From Burkholderiaceae bacterium (GTDB lineage Bacteria; Pseudomonadota; Gammaproteobacteria; Burkholderiales; Burkholderiaceae_C): 64,000 bases of DNA. The notes beneath the pieces were generated by a model. That model ran no database searches. It was not told where the DNA came from and worked only from the letters and a program-made list of their open reading frames with translations. Every line of letters begins with the position of its first letter. Position 1 is the stretch's first letter. Position numbers and translations under genes: made by a program. Shown in pieces: positions 22,209 to 30,857 of the stretch. The stretch lies in assembly GCA_022072045.1 (NCBI GenBank), contig JAJVIL010000010.1, forward strand, positions 1,617 to 65,616. The letters run 5' to 3'.

Positions 22209-23354
22209 TCAGAGCAGGTGCTTTTCGGCTTGCAGGGTCTTGAAGCGCACCAGCGGCACGTTGGCCAGCCTCCGGTCGAGCATCAGCACGAGGCCCAAGC
22301 GCGTCGGCGGCGGCAACCCCGCGCGCAGCAGTTCGATGCGCGCGCCCTGGGTCACCATCAACTCCTCGCTCTCGCTGCCGTACTCGCCACCGGCCTGGCT
22401 GAAGACGCGCCGCGCCGCGGTCAGCCGGCGCGCCCGCGCGCCGAGGTCGAAGGTGAGGCTGTCGCGGCTGTCGTGTGCGAGCAGTTCGCCGCTGGCCAGG
22501 TCGACCACGCCGCAGGCGATCACGCCTTCGGTGCGTACCAGGCCGAACAGCGCCTTGGTGACCGCGGAGTCGTCGAGCAGCTTGGCCTGCGAGGTGGCCG
22601 AGAAGGTCGGCGCGTTGGCGCACGCTTCCCACGCCGACAGCACGGTGTTCCAGACAGTGGAGGCGCCGTTGAGCGTCTCGGTCAGCGTGGTCGCGCGCAC
22701 GCGCGCCGGCCACGGCTGGCTCAGGATGCGGTGGCGCATCGCGCCGGCGTTCGGCGGCAACAGAAACACCACCCACGGGCAATGCCAGTCGGGCTGCTGG
22801 GTTGCGATCAGCAGCGATTGCAGCAACGCGTCGAGCGCATGCGGCTGCAACGCACCGACGATCACGGCGGTCATGTGCGAGCGCTCGGCCAGCGCGTTGA
22901 CAATCTCGTCGTGGTCGAGCCCCGAGACGCGCACGTCGGCGTGGTAGATCTTCAACGGGCCCGACGCGCGACGAGGCACGGCAGTGCGCTCGATCACCGC
23001 CAGCGTGCGCAGCGCCGCGCGCTCGCGCAGGTGCAGCTTCTCGACCGGCTGCCCGGTGGCGTCGGACAGCGCCTTCACGACCGCCGGCGCCCAGATGCGC
23101 GACGGGTCGAGCAAGGTGATCATCGACGGCGCACTGCCGAGGTCGGCACGGCTCTTGGTGAAGTGCTCGCGGATCGATTGCGCCGGCGAGCCGGCGACGA
23201 AGACGTCGACCACGTGCGGGTCGTGTTCGCGCGGCAGTGCGGCGGGTGGTGCGGCTTCCTCGAGCACCGCGGTGGCCGCGAAGGCCACTTCGGTCGGTGC
23301 GTAACCGGCGCCGACGGGCCGTGGCCCGAGTTCGCCGAACAGGGTCTTCAGCAT
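22209..23354 (-). CDS. Hypothetical two-domain protein (paralog of 17015..18316)
   Basis: 381 aa with an ATG start 9 nt after GGGAG. It ends 73 nt upstream of nadA on the same strand. Its similarity blocks to the 17015..18316 product are listed in findings. Confidence 0.7.
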   Translation of the reverse strand: MLKTLFGELGPRPVGAGYAPTEVAFAATAVLEEAAPPAALPREHDPHVVDVFVAGSPAQSIREHFTKSRADLGSAPSMITLLDPSRIWAPAVVKALSDATGQPVEKLHLRERAALRTLAVIERTAVPRRASGPLKIYHADVRVSGLDHDEIVNALAERSHMTAVIVGALQPHALDALLQSLLIATQQPDWHCPWVVFLLPPNAGAMRHRILSQPWPARVRATTLTETLNGASTVWNTVLSAWEACANAPTFSATSQAKLLDDSAVTKALFGLVRTEGVIACGVVDLASGELLAHDSRDSLTFDLGARARRLTAARRVFSQAGGEYGSESEELMVTQGARIELLRAGLPPPTRLGLVLMLDRRLANVPLVRFKTLQAEKHLL

Positions 23355-23631
23355 TGCAAGTCACTCCCGCGCGACGAGCGACTCTAGGACGCAGCGCCCG
23401 CGCGCGCCTGTTGCGGTGTACGCGAATGTCACTGCTCGCGGGTAGGGCAGATGTCGCAGTCTGCTCCCCGGCCACCGGTTCGTCGGGGTGAATTGCGCAG
23501 CGCGCCGGGTGCTCCGTCGCCGGCTGGCGCGCCGCGGACGCTCGACCGTCACCAACGTACACAATTCTTGCTGGCGTCCGGCGCCTGCGGCCGGCTGCCG
23601 ATAATCGCCGCCACCAGCGAAGGATCTACCG

Positions 23632-25341
23632 ATGACACAGCGAATCGCCGGCCATGCCCTGGTCGAGGCCCTCGTCGCCCAGGGAGTCGACACCGCGTTC
23701 GGCGTGCCTGGCGAGAGCTTTCTTGCGGTGCTCGACGGCTTCCACCAGCACGCGCAGCGCATCCGCTTCGTCGCCTGCCGGCAGGAGGGCGGGGCGGCGT
23801 TCATGGCCGACGCGCAGGGCAAGCTGAGCGGGCGGCCGGGGATCTGCTTCGTCACCCGCGGACCGGGTGCCAGCAATGCGGCGGTCGGCGTGCACACCGC
23901 GTGGCAGGACTCGACGCCGATGATCCTGTTCGTCGGCCAGGTGGCCAGCGATCAGCGCGACCGCGAAGCGTTTCAGGAGGTCGACTACCGCCAGATGTTC
24001 GGTCCCGGCACGCTCGGCATGGCCAAGTGGGCTGCACAGATCGACAGCGCCGATCGCTTGCCCGAGTACGTGGCGCGCGCCTTCCACACGGCACTGCAGG
24101 GCCGGCCGGGGCCGGTGGTGCTGGCGTTGCCTGAAGACATGTTGACCACGCACACCGCCGTGCCGGTGCTGCCGCGTGTGCAGGCGGCATCGGCCTGGCC
24201 GGCGCCGGAGGCGCTCAGCGATGCTCGCAGCCTGCTGCTGGCGGCGCAGCGGCCTCTGGTGATCGCTGGCGGCAGCGGCTGGGACGCCGAGGCTTGTCTG
24301 GCGCTGCAGCGTTTTGCAGAGAACTGGGCGCTGCCGGTGAGCTGTGCCTTTCGGTTCCAGGACACCTTCGACAACCGGCACCCGCTGTACGCCGGCGACG
24401 TCGGCATCGGCATCAACCCCAAGCTGGCGGCGCGCGTGCGCGAGGCTGACCTGATCGTCGCGCTCGGTATCCGGCTCGGCGAGATGACCACTGGCGGCTA
24501 CTCGCTGCTGCAGGTGCCGCGTCCGCAGCAGAAACTGATCCACATCCACGCCGGGGCCGAGGAGCTCGGCCGCGTCTATCGGGCTGATGTGCTGTTGCAG
24601 GCCTCGATGGCGCACGCCGCCCGAGCGCTGGAGACGTTGAGCGCGCCGGCCGACCTGCCTTGGCGCGAATGGGCCTCCGCCGCGCAACGCGATTACCTGG
24701 CCAACCTCGAACCGACCGCAGTATCGCCGCTGGATCTGGCACAGGTGATGAAGACCGTGCAGCGGCTGGCACCGGCGGACACCGTGTACACCAACGGTGC
24801 AGGCAACTTCTCGGGTTGGCTGCACCGGTACGTGCAGTACCCGGGGTTGCAACACCACGGACGCACCCAACTGGCGCCGACCTCGGGTGCGATGGGCTAC
24901 GGCGTACCGGCCGCCATCGCGGCGTCGCTGCTGCAGCCGCAGCGCACGGTGGTCAATGTGGCTGGAGACGGCGACTTCCTGATGACCGGGCAGGAGCTGG
25001 CCACCGCCACAGGCTACGACGCGGGGCGTGGCCACGGCAAGTTGATCTCGATCGTTGTCGACAACGGCAGCTACGGCACGATCCGGATGCATCAGGAGCG
25101 CGAATACCCGTCGCGCATCAGCGGTACCGAGCTGGTCAACCCCGACTTCGCGCAGCTGGCGCAGGCGTATGGCTGGCACGCCGCGCGCGTCGAACGAACC
25201 GAGCAGTTCGAGACGGCTTTCGCGCAGGCGCTGCAGGCGCAGCGGCCGACGCTGCTGCACTTGAAGCTCGACACCGACGTCATCACGACGCGAACGACGC
25301 TTGGCGCCATCCGTCGGCAGGGGCGGCAGCGAAACACTTGA
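23632..25341 (+). CDS. Thiamine-diphosphate-dependent enzyme (acetolactate synthase large-subunit-like)
   Basis: N-terminal motifs GVPGESFL, FVTRGPGASNA and a C-terminal TPP motif GDGDFLM. Substrate is not assignable. Confidence 0.8.
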   Translation: MTQRIAGHALVEALVAQGVDTAFGVPGESFLAVLDGFHQHAQRIRFVACRQEGGAAFMADAQGKLSGRPGICFVTRGPGASNAAVGVHTAWQDSTPMILFVGQVASDQRDREAFQEVDYRQMFGPGTLGMAKWAAQIDSADRLPEYVARAFHTALQGRPGPVVLALPEDMLTTHTAVPVLPRVQAASAWPAPEALSDARSLLLAAQRPLVIAGGSGWDAEACLALQRFAENWALPVSCAFRFQDTFDNRHPLYAGDVGIGINPKLAARVREADLIVALGIRLGEMTTGGYSLLQVPRPQQKLIHIHAGAEELGRVYRADVLLQASMAHAARALETLSAPADLPWREWASAAQRDYLANLEPTAVSPLDLAQVMKTVQRLAPADTVYTNGAGNFSGWLHRYVQYPGLQHHGRTQLAPTSGAMGYGVPAAIAASLLQPQRTVVNVAGDGDFLMTGQELATATGYDAGRGHGKLISIVVDNGSYGTIRMHQEREYPSRISGTELVNPDFAQLAQAYGWHAARVERTEQFETAFAQALQAQRPTLLHLKLDTDVITTRTTLGAIRRQGRQRNT

Positions 25342-25422
25342 GCCGAGGCCTGCGCACGGGTTCGTGGCGGCGCAGCGATCGTGCGGTCGCATCGAAGGGC
25401 CACCGGTAGAATCGGCGCCGTT

Positions 25423-25499
25423 CGGGGTGTAGCGCAGCCTGGTAGCGCAACTGCTTTGGGAGCAGTGGGTCGGACGTTCGAATCGTCTCACCCCGACCA
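25423..25499 (+). tRNA. tRNA-Pro (anticodon UGG)
   Basis: Manual cloverleaf: acceptor CGGGGTG/CACCCCG, D-stem GCGC/GCGC, anticodon stem ACTGC/GCAGT with loop TT-TGG-GA, T-arm GGACG-TTCGAAT-CGTCT. Discriminator A and an encoded CCA. Confidence 0.95.
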
Positions 25500-25504
25500 C
25501 CTTC

Positions 25505-26494
25505 ATGAAATCGGGTGACCCGTCGCCGCTGACCCGCCGGTCCATGCTCGCCGCGACGTGGGGGCTGGCGCCGTGGCGCGCCGCACGCGCCACCGCTGGT
25601 TTCCAGAGCCGCGCGGTCACGCTGGTCGTGCCGTTCGGCGCGGGCGGTATCGCCGATATCACGGCGCGCACGGTGGCCAAGGAGATGAGCCGAACGCTGC
25701 GGCAGCCGATCGTCATCGACAACCGGCCGAGCGCGGGCGCGATCGTCGGCGCGGCGGCGGTCGCGCGTGCCGCACCCGACGGCCACACGGTGCTGCTGCT
25801 CAGCAACGCCAATGCGGTCAGCGCAGGGCTGTTTCGCAAACTGCCGTTCGATGTGCAACGCGATTTCGCGCCCGTCACGACGCTCGGCTTCTTCGACCTC
25901 GCGCTGTTCGTCGTTCAGGGCTCGCAGTGGCGCGGCATCGGCGACTTGCTGGCGCAGGCACGCGGGCAGCCCGGCAAGCTCAGCGTCGGTACGATCGCCA
26001 GCGGCAGCACGCAGCACCTGGCCGCCGAGCTGTTCAAGTCGATGGCGGGCATCGATGTGCTGATCGTGCCCTACAGGAGCACGCAGGCGGTGATCACCGC
26101 GCTGCGTGCCGGCCAGGTCGACCTGGCGTTCGAGATCCTGGGGCCGATGCTGCCACAGATCCAAGGCGGCGCGTTGCGTGCGCTCGCGGTGACCTCTGAC
26201 CAGCGCTTCGCGGGCCTGCCCGAGGTGCCGACGGTCCAAGAGTCCGGCCTGCATGGCTACACCGCGGCATCGTGGAACGCGCTGGCAGTGCCAGTTCGCA
26301 CGCCGAAAAGCGCCATCGATCTGCTGTGGGGCGCGGCGCGCGATGCCTTGGCGCTGCCCTCGCTGCGTGGCGAACTGCAGGCGCTGGGTGTTCGCGCGCA
26401 GGCCTGCACGCCACAGCAGCTCGAGCAACTGCTGGCGAGCGAGATCCGGCGCTGGACGCGGGTGATCGAGTCGGCGGGAATCGAGCGGCAGTAG
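25505..26494 (+). CDS. Bug/TctC-family tripartite tricarboxylate transporter substrate-binding protein
   Basis: Tat-like leader TRRSMLAA, motifs LVVPFGAGG and ..ASGSTQHLAAELF. The ATG lies 5 nt after the tRNA-Pro CCA. Confidence 0.8.
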   Translation: MKSGDPSPLTRRSMLAATWGLAPWRAARATAGFQSRAVTLVVPFGAGGIADITARTVAKEMSRTLRQPIVIDNRPSAGAIVGAAAVARAAPDGHTVLLLSNANAVSAGLFRKLPFDVQRDFAPVTTLGFFDLALFVVQGSQWRGIGDLLAQARGQPGKLSVGTIASGSTQHLAAELFKSMAGIDVLIVPYRSTQAVITALRAGQVDLAFEILGPMLPQIQGGALRALAVTSDQRFAGLPEVPTVQESGLHGYTAASWNALAVPVRTPKSAIDLLWGAARDALALPSLRGELQALGVRAQACTPQQLEQLLASEIRRWTRVIESAGIERQ

Positions 26495-26502
26495 GGTTTG
26501 CG

Positions 26503-27414
26503 GTGATCAACCTCAAGCATCTCCAAAGCTTCGTCCGCGTCGCCGAACTCGGCAGCTTCAGCAAGGCCGCACGCGTGCTCGACCTCGCGCAGCCGGCGCT
26601 GAGCCGCCAGGTGCGCGCGCTCGAGACCGATCTGCGCGAGACCCTGCTGCTGCGCAACGGCCGCGGGGTATCTCTGACCGACGCCGGAAGGCGGCTGTTC
26701 GACCACGGCGTGCAGATCCTGCAGCAGGTGTCTCTAGCGCGTGAGGAGATGGGCGCCCAGCGCGGCGCGGCGGTGGGCCACGTGACGATCGGCCTGCCGC
26801 CGAGCATCGGCCGAAGGCTCACTCTGCCGCTGATCGAAGGCTTCCGCGAGCATCTGCCGCGCGCGCGCCTGACCCTCGTCGAGGGCCTGAGCGCACAGAT
26901 CGCCGAATGGATCACCAGTGGGCGGGCCGACCTCGGTCTGCTCTACAACCCCGAAGTTCAGCCAGGGCTCGAACTCACGCCGCTGTTGCGCGAGCGCCTT
27001 TGCCTGGTGGAGGCGGCGCGCGGGGCGCCAAGGCGGCAGAACCGCGTACCCCTGCGCGAACTCGGTGCGTACCCGCTGATTCTGCCGGAGCGCCACCAGT
27101 CGATCCGCAGGCTGCTGCAGACCCAGGCCAACTCGGCCGGCGTGAAGCTGCAGGTGGCTTGGGAAGTCTCCAGCGTGCCGACGATCATCGACTTGGTGTG
27201 CGCACGCGTGGGCTGCGCCGTGCTGAACGCGACCGCTGTCGAAGCGTCGGGGCGGAGCCGCGAACTGACGGCGCGGCCGATTGTCGAACCCGAGCTGCTG
27301 ACCGTGCTGTTTCTCGCCCAGTCGGCCACCAAGCCGATTTCGCCCTTGGGGCGACGGGTGACCCGGCTGTTGGCGGAGTTGGTCGAACCGTCTGCGCGTC
27401 GCGCCAAGCGCTGA
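26503..27414 (+). CDS. LysR-family transcriptional regulator (likely lig-cluster regulator)
   Basis: HTH region INLKHLQSFVRVAELGSFSKAARVLDLAQPALSRQVRALE. GTG at 26503. Confidence 0.85.
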   Translation: MINLKHLQSFVRVAELGSFSKAARVLDLAQPALSRQVRALETDLRETLLLRNGRGVSLTDAGRRLFDHGVQILQQVSLAREEMGAQRGAAVGHVTIGLPPSIGRRLTLPLIEGFREHLPRARLTLVEGLSAQIAEWITSGRADLGLLYNPEVQPGLELTPLLRERLCLVEAARGAPRRQNRVPLRELGAYPLILPERHQSIRRLLQTQANSAGVKLQVAWEVSSVPTIIDLVCARVGCAVLNATAVEASGRSRELTARPIVEPELLTVLFLAQSATKPISPLGRRVTRLLAELVEPSARRAKR

Positions 27415-27425
27415 CGGCCGCGGCC

Positions 27426-27440
27426 ATGCCATTGCGGCAT
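27426..27440. promoter_or_regulatory. Candidate LysR-type (T-N11-A) operator palindrome
   Basis: ATGCC-ATTGC-GGCAT is a perfect 5-bp inverted repeat fitting T-N11-A. It lies 12 nt after the LysR stop and 86 nt before the next ATG. Confidence 0.35.
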
Positions 27441-27526
27441 AGCTGCTAGTCGCTTTGCGCCTTGGCTCGCGCCCGCGCGGCGCGCACAATCTGGTTTCGC
27501 GTGTCGTCGCGAGTGGCGAAGGTGAC

Positions 27527-28213
27527 ATGAGCCAACGCATCACCGGCATTTCATCGATGGCCACCCGCGCGCTGCTGGCCGACCTGGCTCGCGAATGCGA
27601 GCGCCGCACCGGGATTGCACTGACCATCGAATCGGTCGGTGGCGTTGACGCCGCCAGACGAGTGGAGGCCGGCGAGGCCTTCGATGTGGTGTTCCTCGCC
27701 TCCGATGCGATCGATCGTCTGGTCGCCTCGGGCCATGTGCTCGGCCCGCGCAGCGATCTGGCGCGGTCGCCGGTTGCAGTTGCGGTGCGTGCCGGCGCGC
27801 CGCGACCCGACGTGAGCACGCCGGCAGCGCTCGAGGCCGCCGTGCTGGGCGCCACGCGCATCAGCTACTCCACCGGCCCGAGCGGCGCGCACCTGCGCAG
27901 GCTGTTCGACCAGTGGGGGATCGCCGCCGAGATCGCACCGCGCCTCGTGCAGGCACCGCCCGGTGTGCCGGTGGGCGCGCTGGTGGCGCGCGGCGATGTG
28001 GACCTGGGGTTTCAGCAGCTCAGCGAGCTGATGAATCTGCCGGGCGTCGACGTGATCGGCGCGCTGCCCGGCGAAACCCAGTTCATCACCACGTTTTCCG
28101 CCGGGTTGTGTGCCCAATCCCAGCGTGCCGACCTGGTGCGCGCCGTGCTGGCGTTCATGACTTCGCCGACGACGGCCCAATGCAAGCGTGGCCACGGCAT
28201 GGAGCCCGGCTGA
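27527..28213 (+). CDS. Periplasmic-binding-protein-like (ModA-like type II fold) protein without a signal peptide
   Basis: 228 aa starting MSQRITGISSMATRALLADL with no hydrophobic leader. The pattern VDLGFQQLSEL..PGVDVIGALP is typical of small-anion binding proteins. Confidence 0.6.
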   Translation: MSQRITGISSMATRALLADLARECERRTGIALTIESVGGVDAARRVEAGEAFDVVFLASDAIDRLVASGHVLGPRSDLARSPVAVAVRAGAPRPDVSTPAALEAAVLGATRISYSTGPSGAHLRRLFDQWGIAAEIAPRLVQAPPGVPVGALVARGDVDLGFQQLSELMNLPGVDVIGALPGETQFITTFSAGLCAQSQRADLVRAVLAFMTSPTTAQCKRGHGMEPG

Positions 28214-28227
28214 AGGAGTCTCTGCCC

Positions 28228-29253
28228 ATGATCATCGACTGTCACGGTCACTTCACCACCGCACCCAAGGCGCTGGAGACGTGGCGCAATGCGCAGATCG
28301 CGGGGATCAAGGATCGGTCGGTGGCTCCTAAGCCGGGCGACCTGAAGATCTCCGACGACGAACTGCGCGAAGCGATCGAGAGCAACCAGCTCAAGCTGAT
28401 GAAGCAGCGCGGTTCGGATCTCACGATCTTCAGCCCGCGCGCCAGCTTCATGGCGCACCACATCGGCGACTTCCAGGTCTCGAGTACCTGGGCCGCGATC
28501 TGCAACGAGCTGTGCTTTCGCGTGTCGAGGCTGTTCCCCGACCACTTCGCTGCGGCGGCGATGCTGCCGCAGTCGCCCGGAGTCGATCCGAAGACCTGCA
28601 TTCCGGAACTCGTGAAGTGCGTCGAGCAGTACGGCAACGTGGGCATCAACCTGAACCCCGATCCGTCGGGCGGCCACTGGACCAGTCCGCCGCTCACCGA
28701 CCGGCATTGGTACCCGATCTACGAGAAGATGGTCGAGTACGGCATCCCCGCGATGATCCACGTGAGCACGAGCTGCAATGCGTGCTTCCATACCACCGGC
28801 GCACACTACATCAACGCCGACACCACCGCGGTGATGCAGCTGATCCAGGGCGACCTGTTCAAGGACTTCCCGACGCTCAAACTGGTTGTTCCGCACGGTG
28901 GCGGCGCCGCACCCTACCACTGGGGCCGCTATCGGGGGTTGGCGCAGGAGCTCAAGAAGCCGCTGCTGGCCGATCACCTGCTGAACAACGTCTTCTTCGA
29001 TACCTGTGTCTACCACCAGCCGGGCATCGACCTGCTGACGCGCGTGATCCCGATCGACAACGTGCTGTTCGCCAGCGAGATGATCGGCGCGGTCCGCGGA
29101 GTCGACCCCGAGACCGGATTCAACTACGACGATACCAAGCGCTACATCGAGGCCGCCGCGCTCACGCCCGAGCAGCGCTTCAAGATCTACGAGGGCAATG
29201 CACGCCGCGTGTTCCCGCGGCTCGACGCCGCGCTGAAGCGCAAGGGGAAGTGA
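28228..29253 (+). CDS. ligJ: 4-oxalomesaconate hydratase (amidohydrolase family)
   Basis: Near-collinear with Sphingobium SYK-6 LigJ: [80 protein letters not shown]. Confidence 0.9.
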   Translation: MIIDCHGHFTTAPKALETWRNAQIAGIKDRSVAPKPGDLKISDDELREAIESNQLKLMKQRGSDLTIFSPRASFMAHHIGDFQVSSTWAAICNELCFRVSRLFPDHFAAAAMLPQSPGVDPKTCIPELVKCVEQYGNVGINLNPDPSGGHWTSPPLTDRHWYPIYEKMVEYGIPAMIHVSTSCNACFHTTGAHYINADTTAVMQLIQGDLFKDFPTLKLVVPHGGGAAPYHWGRYRGLAQELKKPLLADHLLNNVFFDTCVYHQPGIDLLTRVIPIDNVLFASEMIGAVRGVDPETGFNYDDTKRYIEAAALTPEQRFKIYEGNARRVFPRLDAALKRKGK

Positions 29254-29254
29254 G

Positions 29255-29938
29255 ATGTACGAGTTGGGTATCGTCAGGCGCAACATCACGCGCGCCGATC
29301 GGCAGGCGGTCGAGCGGCTCGTCCCGTTCGGCGTGGCCACGGTGCACGAGGCGCAGGGGCGCGTCGGGCTGATGCAGCCCACCATGCGGCCGATCTATCC
29401 CGGCGCGCAGATCGCGGGCACGGCGGTCACGGTGCTGCTGCAGCCGGGCGACAACTGGATGCTGCACGTCGCCGCCGAGCAGATTCAAGAGGGCGACATC
29501 GTGGTCGCCGCCTGCACCAGCGACAACACCGATGGCTTCTTCGGCGACTTGCTGGCCACCAGTTTTCGCGCGCGTGGCGCTCGCGGCCTGGTGATCGACG
29601 GCGGCGTGCGCGACGTGAAGGTGCTCACCGAGATGGCGTTTCCGGTGTGGAGCAAGGCGATCAGCGCCAAGGGAACGGTCAAGTCCACGCTCGGCTCGGT
29701 GAACATCCCGCTGGTGTGCGCGGGAGCCCTGGTGCACCCGGGCGATGTGATCGTTGCCGACGACGACGGCGTGGTGGTCGTGCCCGCTGCGTCGGCGGCC
29801 AGGACAGCCGAGGCGGCGGCAGCGCGTGAAGCCAACGAGGGCGAAAAGCGCGCCAAGCTGGCCGCCGGGGTGTTGGGGCTCGACATGTACAAGATGCGCG
29901 AGCCCCTGCAGAAGGCCGGCTTGAAGTACATCGACTGA
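29255..29938 (+). CDS. ligK: 4-carboxy-4-hydroxy-2-oxoadipate aldolase / oxaloacetate decarboxylase (RraA-like)
   Basis: Motifs [25 protein letters not shown] and [15 protein letters not shown], as in LigK/GalC. Confidence 0.85.
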   Translation: MYELGIVRRNITRADRQAVERLVPFGVATVHEAQGRVGLMQPTMRPIYPGAQIAGTAVTVLLQPGDNWMLHVAAEQIQEGDIVVAACTSDNTDGFFGDLLATSFRARGARGLVIDGGVRDVKVLTEMAFPVWSKAISAKGTVKSTLGSVNIPLVCAGALVHPGDVIVADDDGVVVVPAASAARTAEAAAAREANEGEKRAKLAAGVLGLDMYKMREPLQKAGLKYID

Positions 29939-29945
29939 CGCGGCG

Positions 29946-30857
29946 ATGCGAGTCGCACTGATCGGCTATGGCGAGGTCGGCCGCATCCTGGCCGAGGACT
30001 TGCGCGCGCGCGACGTCAACGTTGCCGCCTACGACCTCAAGCTCGACGGCGCCACGGCCCAACCGCTGCGGGAACACGCCCGATCGTGCGGGATCACGTT
30101 GGCAGGTTCCCACGAGGCCGCGGTGAAAGGCGCTGCGCTGGTGGTGTCGGCAGTCACCGCGAGCCAGACGGTGGCGGTGGCGCAAGCCTGTGCGCCTGGG
30201 CTGACACGGGGCAGCTTCCTTCTCGACTTCAACTCGGCCTCGCCGGGCGCGAAGACCCGCGCCGCCGACATCGTCAACGCCACCGGCGCACGCTACGTCG
30301 AGGGCGCAGTGATGACCTCGGTGCCGCCGTATCGCATCAAGGTGCCGCTGCTGTTGGGTGGTCCCGATGCGAAGGCGCTGCTGCCATTGCTCGATGGCCT
30401 GGGGTTCGCGGCCAAGGTGGCGAGCGACAAGCTCGGGGTTGCCTCGGCCACCAAGATGTGCCGCAGCGTGATGATCAAGGGCCTCGAAGCCATGCTCATC
30501 GAGAGCTTCACCACGGCACGCCACTACGGAGTCGAGGACGCGGTGCTCGCGTCGTTGCAGGAAACCTTCCCCGGCATCGACTGGGAGCGGCAGGGCGCCT
30601 ACCTGTTCCAGCGCGCCATCGAGCACGGACGGCGCCGCAGCGAAGAGGTGCGCGAGGTCGCGGTGACGGTGCGCGAGGCCGGGCTCGAGCCCTGGAGCGC
30701 CAGCGGTACTGCCGAACGACAGGCGTGGATGGCCGACCTTGCCGACGCGGGCGCGTTCGGCCACAGGAGCGAGCCGGGATTCGCCCGCAGCGAGAACTGG
30801 CGCACCGAGGCCGATCGCATCCTGACTCATCTGCAGCGGTGCGAGGCCAGGCGATGA
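29946..30857 (+). CDS. NAD(P)-binding 6PGDH/beta-hydroxyacid-dehydrogenase-like oxidoreductase (DUF1932-like C-terminus)
   Basis: Rossmann N-terminus MRVALIGYGEVG and a C-terminal segment ATKMCRSVMIKGLEAM. Function unknown. It sits between ligK and ligI. Confidence 0.6.
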   Translation: MRVALIGYGEVGRILAEDLRARDVNVAAYDLKLDGATAQPLREHARSCGITLAGSHEAAVKGAALVVSAVTASQTVAVAQACAPGLTRGSFLLDFNSASPGAKTRAADIVNATGARYVEGAVMTSVPPYRIKVPLLLGGPDAKALLPLLDGLGFAAKVASDKLGVASATKMCRSVMIKGLEAMLIESFTTARHYGVEDAVLASLQETFPGIDWERQGAYLFQRAIEHGRRRSEEVREVAVTVREAGLEPWSASGTAERQAWMADLADAGAFGHRSEPGFARSENWRTEADRILTHLQRCEARR

